Origin: an uncultured Lachnospiraceae bacterium
GTDB lineage: Bacteria > Bacillota > Clostridia > Lachnospirales > Lachnospiraceae
Reading direction: 5' to 3'
Assembly (NCBI GenBank): GCA_964528145.1
Contig: CAZGSF010000001.1
Location: forward strand, 3,267-67,266
Length of the DNA stretch: 64,000 nucleotides
The position numbers were made by a program, and so were the translations under genes. The notes beneath the pieces are model-generated. The model saw nothing but the letters and a program-made list of their open reading frames with translations, was not told where the DNA came from and searched no databases. Shown here one piece after another: positions 10,356-19,066 of this stretch (positions are counted from its first letter, which is position 1; each line of letters opens with the position of its first letter).

Positions 10356-10679
10356 TTAATCCCTTTCTATAATAGTGACATCCGGCCGGAGATTCCCACC
10401 GATGTACTGATAATCAATAAAAAAATGTTCTTTGTTATATGTAAGCCCATAGTGATTTTCCAGGTAGGATAAATTGAAGGGGTAACTTCCCTCCAATGCA
10501 TAGCACTGGGTAATACTCCGATCCAGAGCGTTTTGCAGAATTGCTTTTTCCTGCTCGGAACTTGAACTGGCAAAGGAATCTGCAAAAATTACAAAAAATG
10601 TAAGCACCACAACAAGAAGCAGTATGGGCAGATATGTAGTTTTTGAAGTTTTTTCCTTTTTTTTATAAAAAACAGCCAT
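10356..10679 (-). CDS. Small pilin/pseudopilin-like protein
   Basis: Basic N-terminus, one TM helix, QCYALEGSYP.NL.YL (pseudopilin-like G.YP..L..L). Confidence 0.55.
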   Translation of the reverse strand: MAVFYKKKEKTSKTTYLPILLLVVVLTFFVIFADSFASSSSEQEKAILQNALDRSITQCYALEGSYPFNLSYLENHYGLTYNKEHFFIDYQYIGGNLRPDVTIIERD

Positions 10680-10691
10680 ACAACCTCCGGG

Positions 10692-11717
10692 TTATCCGAT
10701 ACTTGACATTATGCCAAGAAGGGGGAGTAAAAATGATATTAAAATTAATCCTATAAAGAAAGACAAAACTATAATAAGTGTCGGTTCAAGGATGGATACA
10801 AAATGGTGGAGTTCTTCATCGGCTTCCTGCTCGTAAGCCTTGGAGATATTCATCATGACATCATCCATGGAACTTGTCTTATAGCCTACGGTAATCAGGC
10901 TTGAATACATTTTGGAGAAAATTCCTGACAATAGCAGTGATTTTGAAAAACTTTCTCCGTTTTTTATAAGCTTGCGGCAGTGCTTTATTTTTTTCAGCAG
11001 ATATGAATTGTCAATTAATTCTTCTGCAAGTGCAAATCCACGCTCTGTATCAAGACCGCTTGAAAGGGCAAGATACATACAGTTGGCAAAGCGGCTTCTG
11101 GATAATGACAGTGCCAGTCCACGGTTCTCATAGAACTTCTTGCCGTAGGGTGTTTTTAATACAAAAAATACTACAGTTGCCAGTACTAAAAAGATAAGAA
11201 CAAAAATCAGAAGATATTTGTTAAGGAAAGTACTGATATCCATAAGAACTTTGGCAATGCCTGTAAGACCGCTGCCAAGCTCTGCATATACATCGGCAAA
11301 AATAGGTACAACCTTTGTTATTATAACAATTATGACAGCTAACATCATAACGGACATTGTAAGAGGATATGTAACGGCCTGCTTGATTCCTGCACGTATT
11401 TGAGCCTCGCGTTCATAATATGTAATAAGTGAGGAAAGTACTTCCTCAAGTCGTCCGGTTTCTTCGCCCACGTGAACCATTCTGAGCATGTATGGGGGAA
11501 AAACGCCGGTTGCGGAAATGGCATCATGAAGACATGCGCCTTTTTCCATGGGATCATATATTTGACTAAGCAGTTCTTTTGTTTCTTCCTCGTCGGCATC
11601 ATCTTTTAAAATTGAAATGCCGTAGTATATGGGAAAACCTGCTTTAAGTATCATATTTATCTGCTGACAGAAGGATGAAACTTCTGCGGGGGAAAGCATT
11701 TTCTGTTTATGAAACAT
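10692..11717 (-). CDS. pilC: PilC/GspF-family platform protein
   Basis: Two T2SSF repeats: VGEETGRLEEVL, A.TYP, ILEP.LII...LLPL. Confidence 0.9.
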   Translation of the reverse strand: MFHKQKMLSPAEVSSFCQQINMILKAGFPIYYGISILKDDADEEETKELLSQIYDPMEKGACLHDAISATGVFPPYMLRMVHVGEETGRLEEVLSSLITYYEREAQIRAGIKQAVTYPLTMSVMMLAVIIVIITKVVPIFADVYAELGSGLTGIAKVLMDISTFLNKYLLIFVLIFLVLATVVFFVLKTPYGKKFYENRGLALSLSRSRFANCMYLALSSGLDTERGFALAEELIDNSYLLKKIKHCRKLIKNGESFSKSLLLSGIFSKMYSSLITVGYKTSSMDDVMMNISKAYEQEADEELHHFVSILEPTLIIVLSFFIGLILISFLLPLLGIMSSIG

Positions 11718-11728
11718 AAATAAACCTC

Positions 11729-12691
11729 CTAATAGACATATTTGGTCAGATATTTACTGTCTTTGGTCAGATATTTCTTCGGTGATTTGCTGGTGGATGC
11801 AAATGTGGGATCTAACAGGTTCCAGTCAGAACCGTCAAATTCTATTACACCGTTAATCCAGCCGATATCCGTAATGTAAATACTAATCCACGCATGGTAT
11901 TCTTCACCCATGTAGCCAACCTCCAGACGGGTGGGGATGTTCTGACTTCGTAGCATGGTAGCCATTACAGCGGCATAATCAAAGCATATACCGGTTTGGG
12001 AAACAAATACTTCATCCACAACCGGAAGATATCCGGATACAACCGTTGCAGCTTTGTCATAGTCATAAGTATAGTTATCTATTATATAGTTATAGACCTG
12101 CTCCACAACCTCTAACTCGTTATTGGCAGGGTATGCAAGCTCCACAGCCTTGGAAACGGGAAGGGAGGATGCGTTAAAATTCACATATTGATTTGGATAA
12201 AGGTATGGTCCGAAGGTGTTTGTCAGTGTAACATCAACATCTATGGAAAGCGCGGTGGAATAGTTGGTTTGTGAAATGTTCTCAAAAATACCCACCGTAT
12301 ATGTTCCGTCACCGGCAGTAAGCGGAAATACTTCATAACCGCCGCCGTGCAGATTATAGGTATATGTTACATCGTCCGGACCTTTGATTTGCAGCTTTAC
12401 TTTTTCGTTTGTGCCGGTGTAGTCTGCCATAATATAGCCTTCCGATGAGTTGGAGGCATCAATGATTGCCGTATCACATGAGTACACTGTTACTCCGGGA
12501 GCCTCAGGAGTAAGTACAACTGAAGCGTTGTCACGGGTGCCTTTCATGTTGGCAGAGGTATTGTCTGGAGACTCATTTTCAGTGTGGGTTGTGTCGGAAT
12601 CTGAAGTATCCTCATCACAGCCTGAAAACATCATGCAGAACACCAAAAGCACAGAAAAGAGTAATGCAAATTTACTCCGTGTATGCTTCAT
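11729..12691 (-). CDS. Transglutaminase-like lipoprotein
   Basis: Lipobox FSGC; Cys-His-Asp triad GICFDYA / YHAW / LLDPT; first gene of the pil operon. Confidence 0.85.
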   Translation of the reverse strand: MKHTRSKFALLFSVLLVFCMMFSGCDEDTSDSDTTHTENESPDNTSANMKGTRDNASVVLTPEAPGVTVYSCDTAIIDASNSSEGYIMADYTGTNEKVKLQIKGPDDVTYTYNLHGGGYEVFPLTAGDGTYTVGIFENISQTNYSTALSIDVDVTLTNTFGPYLYPNQYVNFNASSLPVSKAVELAYPANNELEVVEQVYNYIIDNYTYDYDKAATVVSGYLPVVDEVFVSQTGICFDYAAVMATMLRSQNIPTRLEVGYMGEEYHAWISIYITDIGWINGVIEFDGSDWNLLDPTFASTSKSPKKYLTKDSKYLTKYVY

Positions 12692-12903
12692 AAAAAATCT
12701 CCGTTATTTGCTTAATACATATAGGTATATTGTAATCCAAATTACGGAAAAAATAAATATGGAAAAGCAAATGTATATACATTTTGGTGTGATAATGGTG
12801 TTAAATAAGTATGATTATTATTACACCTTTTCTAATACCTGGAAATGTTTTATAATAGAAAGTATAAAAAAGGAAATGTCGGAGAAACAAGGAGGTTTGC
12901 GTT

Positions 12904-14115
12904 ATGATAAATGCATGTGTCGTAGGTTTAGGAAACAGGGGATATAATTTGGTATGCGAAGTCCTTCTAAAAAACGAAGATATTAACATTGTTGCTGTAT
13001 GTGATGTTTATGAAGATAGGGTAACACGTGCAATTGATGCAATAAAAACTGCCGGGCAGGATGCAGAAGGGTTTTCGGATTATAAAAAAGCCCTGGATAA
13101 AAAGGGCGTAGATGCTGTATTTATCTTCAGCGGTTGGTGTAGTCACACTGAGATTGCGGTATACGCAATGAAAAAGGGGATTGCAGTTGCCAGTGAAGTG
13201 GGGTGTGAATACACTCTGGACAACTGTTATAAACTTGTAAAAACCCGGGAAGAGACCGGAGTCCCGTATATGTTCGTAGAAAATTGTTGCTGGGGGAAAG
13301 AAGAACTTTTGGCAACATCCATGGCAAGGAAAAATCTGTTCGGTACCATTGTGCACTGTGCAGGGGCGTATGCCCATGATCTGAGAAAGGAAATATCCTA
13401 CGGTCACGTAAACCGACATTACCGATATGATAATTATGTGAATAGGTGTTGTGATAATTATCCTACTCACGAACTGGGACCTATTGCAAAGCTTTTAAAT
13501 ATTAATCGCGGAAACAGAATTATTTCGGTATCTTCATTTGCATCAAAAGCAGTAGGTCTTAGGGAATACATTCAAACGAGAGATGATGCCACAGATGAAA
13601 TGAAAAATGAACATTTCAAGCAGGGAGATATTGTAACTACTGTTTTGACCTGTGCCGGCGGTGAAACAATTCTTCTTCGTTTGGATACGACATTGCCTCG
13701 TTCTTATAGTCGTGAATTCACGGTTCGAGGTACAAAAGGTATGTACATGCAGGATACTAATTCTTTCTTTTTCGATGGTCAGGAAGAAACTTTTGAACCG
13801 GTTAAATTTTATGAAAAGAATCTGAATAATGCTGTAAACTATGAAGAACATCTGCCGAATATCTGGAAGAGTGTTACTCCCGAAATATTGGAGGCGGGTC
13901 ACGGCGGGATGGATTGGTTTGCGTATAAAGCTTTTACTGATGCCTTAAAGAACGGGACTCCTATGCCGATTGATGCTTATGATGCCGCCACATGGCAGGC
14001 AGTCTCAGTGCTTTCCGAAATTTCAATCCAGCAAGGTGGTGCACCTCAGGTAATGCCTGATTTCACCAATGGTCAATGGATTTATCGTCCGGCTATGGAT
14101 GTTTGTGAATTGTAA
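12904..14115 (+). CDS. Gfo/Idh/MocA-family NAD-dependent glycosidase, GH109-like (alpha-N-acetylgalactosaminidase-like)
   Basis: Rossmann motif VGLGNRG; ENCCW, YPTHELGP, PRSYSR, GHGGMD; no signal peptide. Confidence 0.8.
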   Translation: MINACVVGLGNRGYNLVCEVLLKNEDINIVAVCDVYEDRVTRAIDAIKTAGQDAEGFSDYKKALDKKGVDAVFIFSGWCSHTEIAVYAMKKGIAVASEVGCEYTLDNCYKLVKTREETGVPYMFVENCCWGKEELLATSMARKNLFGTIVHCAGAYAHDLRKEISYGHVNRHYRYDNYVNRCCDNYPTHELGPIAKLLNINRGNRIISVSSFASKAVGLREYIQTRDDATDEMKNEHFKQGDIVTTVLTCAGGETILLRLDTTLPRSYSREFTVRGTKGMYMQDTNSFFFDGQEETFEPVKFYEKNLNNAVNYEEHLPNIWKSVTPEILEAGHGGMDWFAYKAFTDALKNGTPMPIDAYDAATWQAVSVLSEISIQQGGAPQVMPDFTNGQWIYRPAMDVCEL

Positions 14116-14476
14116 ATGATGAAATACATAGAGAAACATCCATTGAGTATGATTGTAATGGGAATTTTAGGAATTTCCATGTCTGCAATTTTTGTAAAAT
14201 ATTCCACGGCACCATCCGCAGTGACGGATAAGTGTAATTATTGTTGGAGTATTACTTGCAATTTTTTCTACTATTTTGGGACATAGTATATTTAGCTGGT
14301 GCCTGAAATATTTTTCTCCGGCCTTTGTGTCGGCGTCAAAGCTTTGCGAACCGGTAGTAGCGGCTGTATTTGCAGCTTTTTTGTTTGGAGAAGTACCTGC
14401 AATACCTGTATTTGCAGGAGGTGCAATGATACTTGGTGGTGTGCTTTATTATTCGAAAATTGAAACAGAAAAGTGA
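14116..14476 (+). pseudogene. DMT/EamA transporter remnant with internal deletion and frameshift
   Basis: N-terminal part (MMKYIEKHPLSMIVMGILGISMSAIFVKYSTAPSAVT, 14116-14226) is joined out of frame to the C-terminal part (ISVIIVGVLLAIFSTILGHSIFSW...LCEPVVAA..AFLFGE.P, 14228-14476). Confidence 0.8.
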
Positions 14477-14506
14477 TGTGTAACAATATTGATTACCTTT
14501 GAAAAT

Positions 14507-14540
14507 GAAAAGCCCGTAAACGCAGTGTTTACGGGCTTTC
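14507..14540. terminator. Terminator hairpin at the tRNA 3' end
   Basis: AAAGCCCGTAAAC-GCAGT-GTTTACGGGCTTT inverted repeat. Confidence 0.75.
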
Positions 14541-14545
14541 TAGCA

Positions 14546-14618
14546 AGCTGCTGACGGGAATCGGACCCGTGACCTCCGCACTACCAATGCGACGCTCTAC
14601 CGACTGAGCCACAGCAGC
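14546..14618 (-). tRNA. tRNA-Thr(GGT)
   Basis: Reverse complement GCTGCTGTGGCTCAGTCGGTAGAGCGTCGCATTGGTAGTGCGGAGGTCACGGGTCCGATTCCCGTCAGCAGCT folds as a cloverleaf with anticodon GGT; CCA is not encoded. Confidence 0.95.
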
Positions 14619-14711
14619 ATTATGGTGATGGCTTCACAAAACCACCGAAAATTATTGTAACAAATAGTATATGCTTTGTCAACATACAAATTGAATTAAT
14701 TGTAGACAATG

Positions 14712-15002
14712 TTAGAAATAATCATTGTTGGCTTTTGCTATGATAAATTCAACTTTATTGCTTGCATTTTTATCAAGCTCGCGGATTAAGTTTTCGGCAA
14801 GTTCCTTATCATTTTCGTTGATACAAAAAATGCATATTTCAGGCTTGCGGCGCAGTAATCCGGACTTAGTCCACTTTACGAAATATGAAATTCTGTTTTT
14901 CAGTAATTCACGCTCTATAAGCTGCTTGAATTCCATATCGATTACCTTGCATAGTTCGATTTCGTTATTAACTTTTAAAGAAGTAAAAACGTTGTGTTCC
15001 AT
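14712..15002 (-). CDS. Hypothetical protein (96 aa)
   Basis: ORF with an AAGGA RBS-like site upstream; no recognised motif. Confidence 0.6.
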   Translation of the reverse strand: MEHNVFTSLKVNNEIELCKVIDMEFKQLIERELLKNRISYFVKWTKSGLLRRKPEICIFCINENDKELAENLIRELDKNASNKVEFIIAKANNDYF

Positions 15003-15181
15003 TATTGTTTCCTTAGCCGATGTATTGAAATATGTAGTCGAAAATATAACAAATATATTATATCATAGCTTAAAAACTTTTTCACTATGGAAATTTATGA
15101 AAGCATTGCGATTTTTTTGAAAAAAGTATACAATCAAAGTAGCATTACAATAGAAGAGCAAGAGTGAAAAGAGGTGTTATA

Positions 15182-15460
15182 ATGGATTTTTTTGAAAAAG
15201 TCGGAGAAACCATTACAAGTGTAGGCAAAGAAGCGATTGATAAGACGAAGGCCTTTGCAGAAGTGGCAAGTCTGAAGAGTCAGATTCATACTTGTGACAG
15301 CGTTATAAAAAAGAATTATGCTGATATCGGTAAGGTATATTATGATAATTTCGGCGATAACGCAGAAGAATTATTCAGTAAACAGTGTAAAGCAATAAAG
15401 AATGCAGAAGAAGCCAAAAGGGCTTTGGAAGAGAAATTGAAAGAAATAAATCCCATGTGA
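15182..15460 (+). CDS. Hypothetical coiled-coil protein
   Basis: GAGGTG RBS before ATG 15182; MDFFEKVGETI...YADIGKVYY pattern. Confidence 0.7.
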   Translation: MDFFEKVGETITSVGKEAIDKTKAFAEVASLKSQIHTCDSVIKKNYADIGKVYYDNFGDNAEELFSKQCKAIKNAEEAKRALEEKLKEINPM

Positions 15461-15475
15461 TATCACATGGGATTT
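15448..15475. terminator. Perfect 28-bp palindrome, probable bidirectional terminator
   Basis: AAATCCCATGTGAT|ATCACATGGGATTT between convergent genes, followed by a T-rich tract. Confidence 0.7.
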
Positions 15476-15483
15476 TGTTTTTG

Positions 15484-18174
15484 TTATTGTGGTTGTGCCG
15501 CCAGGGCAGCAGCTTGTGCAGCCTGCTGAGCCGCAATTTGACGGGCTATAATTTCCTGCTGTTGCAGGTATAAAACATTTTGATAATTCGGGTCAGCAAA
15601 GAATGCTTCCGTGTGAGGGCAAATGTGGGTCACAATAGGAACAATTTCGCCGGTTAACGGGTCAACGGTTGTTGTTGTGACTGCTGTACTGCCGATGGCA
15701 GTGCTGGAGCCTTTTTGCAGTACGGGATCCTCAACGGGTATCATTTCGATAACACCTGTAGCCGGGAAAGGACACATTGATGATGCAGGTAAATTACTAT
15801 ATTGGCAGTAGGTTCCCTGGAAATGAACATCACATGTGGTTACCGGTACGGTTCCCTCTTCAAAATATTCAATAGCTAAAGTTCCGTCACATAAGCCGGG
15901 GATGGGCAATTTGCCTGAACGTGAACAGATGGTTGCCGTTACAATCTGCTCAGGCTGTGCCGCAAATCCTGTTACCGGAAGTTCTGCATGAATTTCCTGC
16001 ATTACCAGCTTCCAAAGTTTTTTGGAAAGTGCTTTTGCATCACCGGTAAGACTACCGTTACAATCATATCCGGTCCATGTGGTAGCAGTATAGTAGGGGG
16101 TATATCCGGCAAACCATACATCATTGTAGCTGTTGGAGGTACCTGATTTTCCCGCAATGGGCATTGTGCCAAAATTAACTGATGTTGCAGTTCCTTTTGT
16201 TACTACGTCTTCCATGGCACTTGTAAGCAGAAACGCAGTAGTTTCTTTTATTACACGACGACTTTTTATTTCTGTGTTATCAAGAATAATATTGCCGTTA
16301 CGGTCTACGACTTTTGTGTAGAGCTTAGGTTCAATATATTCACCGCCGTTAGCGATTGCAGCGTAAGCGGCATTAAGCTCGAAATTTGTTACACCGTTGG
16401 TAAGTCCGCCGAGAGTCAGTGACTGTACAATATCGGATTTGATTTCGTCGCCCACCTGTTTGGACTCTACCAATGTGGTAAAACCAAAGTTTTTAAGGTA
16501 GTCAAAACCAAGCTGGGGAGTAATGACTGTAAGGTTCTTTACGGCTACGACATTTAATGATTCCTGAATAGCGTATCTTATTGAACATAATCCTCTAAAG
16601 GTTTCGTCATAGTTATTTACAGGTGTACCGTCATCGTAGTTATAGGGGGCATCGTTACGCATTGTAGCCAGAGTTAAACCGGCACTGTCAATTCCGGGTC
16701 CGTATGTTGCCAGAATTTTGAAAGTTGAACCCGGAGAACGGGTTGAACTTGTGGCACGGTTTAAGGTACGGCTTCCTTCTTTGGTTCCGCGTCCACCCAC
16801 CATAGCTACAACATAGCCTGTGGAGTGGTCTTCAATAGTAAGGCTGACCTGAGGTTGCGGTGTAAGGGAAACTGTTTCTGCAAACACTTCTCCGCCGTAT
16901 TCCTCAAGCATGGCATTTTTATAGACTTCAATATGCTCTTTTGCTTCATCCTGTGAATTGAAAAGCAAATCAAAATTTCTGCTTTCGGTTTCCTTAAAAT
17001 AGGAAGTAAACATCTCGGAACTGAAGTTTACATTTTCTCCGTTTGCGTCTGTAATCGTAAGACGATATGATAAGAGCCATTCTACCTTGGAAGGATAATT
17101 CTCCTCGTTCATGTAAACACTGTCGGCAATTGCCTGGATTGAAGGGTCCTGAGTAGAATATATCTTAAGCCCGCCACTGTATAACATGGTGTACGCAGCG
17201 GTGTCACTGTAGCCGGCAGCAATCAAATCATTGTATACCTTTTCAGTAACGGCATCAATGAAATAGGAGGTTGTTTCCTGATTTTGTACAACTTGGTTTG
17301 CCTGCTGGATTCTTTCATATACATTATCTGCAAGTGCTTCATTTTTTTCTTCTTCTGTGATGTATCCCTGTTCCCACATGTACTCTAGCACTGTTTCTCT
17401 ACGCTTGTTATTATTTTCGGGAAATGAGATTGGATTATTGGCAGAAGGATTCTTGGTAATGCCTGCTATAACCGCACACTCTGATAAAGTCAATTCGCTT
17501 ACATCCTTATTAAAATAGCGAAGGGATGCTGCCTGAACACCAAGGGTATTTTGTCCTAAGTTAATAGTGTTCATGTAGCGTAAAAGTATTTCATCCTTGC
17601 TAATTTCCTTAGTTATTTGTAAAGCAAGGTACTGTTCCTGGAATTTACGTTTGATGCTGTCAGCAAGACCGTCTTCCTCCATCCAGTCGGTAAATACTGT
17701 GTTTTTGAGTAACTGCTGTGTAATGGTACTTGCACCTTCCTGCTTTTTACCGCCGCTTGTTATGAAACGGAAGCCGGCACGCATAATACCTTGTATGTCA
17801 ATTCCGTTATGCTCGTAGAAACGCTCATCTTCAATTGCAACAAAGGCATGGGCAAGATTCTCGGGAATTTTCTCGAGTCCTACGGGAATACGGTTGGAAT
17901 TGCTGGCTACCAGTTTGGCGGTTTGTCTTCCTTCGATGTCGTATACGAAAGAAGAATATCCGCTGGGTGCCACCTCATCGGGAGATATATCCGGTGCATT
18001 GTCTATAATTGCGCGGAACATACCGATTCCTGCACATAATCCGATAACTGCCGCAGCGATAAATGCGGTTAATAATATCTTAACTCCGTAAAGTGCAATT
18101 TTTCGTCCTATTTTTGTTGACTTAGAATTAAGTGCCTGCTGTTTTTCACGGACACCTTTTTTTCCATAATTCAT
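15484..18174 (-). CDS. Class A penicillin-binding protein (PBP1A family)
   Basis: Transglycosylase motifs EDERFYEHNG and GASTITQQL; transpeptidase motifs STFK, SLN, KSGT. Confidence 0.95.
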   Translation of the reverse strand: MNYGKKGVREKQQALNSKSTKIGRKIALYGVKILLTAFIAAAVIGLCAGIGMFRAIIDNAPDISPDEVAPSGYSSFVYDIEGRQTAKLVASNSNRIPVGLEKIPENLAHAFVAIEDERFYEHNGIDIQGIMRAGFRFITSGGKKQEGASTITQQLLKNTVFTDWMEEDGLADSIKRKFQEQYLALQITKEISKDEILLRYMNTINLGQNTLGVQAASLRYFNKDVSELTLSECAVIAGITKNPSANNPISFPENNNKRRETVLEYMWEQGYITEEEKNEALADNVYERIQQANQVVQNQETTSYFIDAVTEKVYNDLIAAGYSDTAAYTMLYSGGLKIYSTQDPSIQAIADSVYMNEENYPSKVEWLLSYRLTITDANGENVNFSSEMFTSYFKETESRNFDLLFNSQDEAKEHIEVYKNAMLEEYGGEVFAETVSLTPQPQVSLTIEDHSTGYVVAMVGGRGTKEGSRTLNRATSSTRSPGSTFKILATYGPGIDSAGLTLATMRNDAPYNYDDGTPVNNYDETFRGLCSIRYAIQESLNVVAVKNLTVITPQLGFDYLKNFGFTTLVESKQVGDEIKSDIVQSLTLGGLTNGVTNFELNAAYAAIANGGEYIEPKLYTKVVDRNGNIILDNTEIKSRRVIKETTAFLLTSAMEDVVTKGTATSVNFGTMPIAGKSGTSNSYNDVWFAGYTPYYTATTWTGYDCNGSLTGDAKALSKKLWKLVMQEIHAELPVTGFAAQPEQIVTATICSRSGKLPIPGLCDGTLAIEYFEEGTVPVTTCDVHFQGTYCQYSNLPASSMCPFPATGVIEMIPVEDPVLQKGSSTAIGSTAVTTTTVDPLTGEIVPIVTHICPHTEAFFADPNYQNVLYLQQQEIIARQIAAQQAAQAAALAAQPQ

Positions 18175-18373
18175 TAATACTTCACCTCTTTGATGTTTTG
18201 CCCCATAAGCAATATCTATATGATTATATCAAAAAAATAATTGTAAATAAAGGATTTTATTACCATATTAAGAATTGTTCACAAATTCTTTAGTTTTTAT
18301 GCTGGATTTAAGATGTAAGTGTGGTATATTAAAAAAGGATAAATTAAAAAATAGTAACCATGGGAGAATTGCT

Positions 18374-19042
18374 ATGGACAATACAATAGATAAAGTACAG
18401 GGCGCAGCGGACTACAAAATACTGATAAGCGGCGGCGAAGGAGAAATAATAGAAAAAAAATCCAGATTTATTGCCACTGTCCGTGTTGTGGAATCTGAGG
18501 AAGAGGCCCAGGCGTTTATAGAGGAAATGAAGAAAAAATATTGGGATGCAAGGCATAATTGTTCTGCATTCGTTATCGGACAAAGGGGAGAACTTACCAG
18601 ATGCAGTGACGATGGTGAACCATCGGGAACTGCCGGAAGACCTATGCTTGAGGTACTTCTTGGGACAGGCATCCGTAATATAGCGGTTGTTGTAACAAGG
18701 TATTTCGGAGGAGTGCTTCTTGGTACCGGTGGCTTGGTGCGTGCTTATACCCAGGCGGTGCAGGAAGGGCTTAAAAATTGTGAAACGGCAGTGATGAGAT
18801 TCGGGGTAAGATACAAACTGATAACAGATTATAACGGAGTGGGAAAGATTCTTTATCTGCTTTCTGAAAAAGGCATAGGACAGGAAGAATCCGATTACGG
18901 TGAAAATGTAACATTACAGGTAATGGTGCCCTTTGAAGAGGCGGCTGCTTTTGTAAAAGATGTTACGGAAACAACAAACGGAAAAGTGAATATAACGGAA
19001 CTTGAACGTACGTATTTTGTTGACAAAAAACGTGCATTTTAG
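18374..19042 (+). CDS. yigZ: YigZ/IMPACT family protein
   Basis: KKSRF, ARHNC, DDGEPSGTAG, VTRYFGG.LLG.GGLVRAY. Start moved to ATG 18374 after GGGAG. Confidence 0.92.
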   Translation: MDNTIDKVQGAADYKILISGGEGEIIEKKSRFIATVRVVESEEEAQAFIEEMKKKYWDARHNCSAFVIGQRGELTRCSDDGEPSGTAGRPMLEVLLGTGIRNIAVVVTRYFGGVLLGTGGLVRAYTQAVQEGLKNCETAVMRFGVRYKLITDYNGVGKILYLLSEKGIGQEESDYGENVTLQVMVPFEEAAAFVKDVTETTNGKVNITELERTYFVDKKRAF

Positions 19043-19066
19043 TATGGTTTTATAAGGAGGTCTGCT

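Noticed and set aside
1..14545. Genomic island integrated at the tRNA-Thr 3' end
   Set aside because: No integrase and no duplicate of the tRNA 3' end seen in the window; cannot be excluded beyond the left edge.
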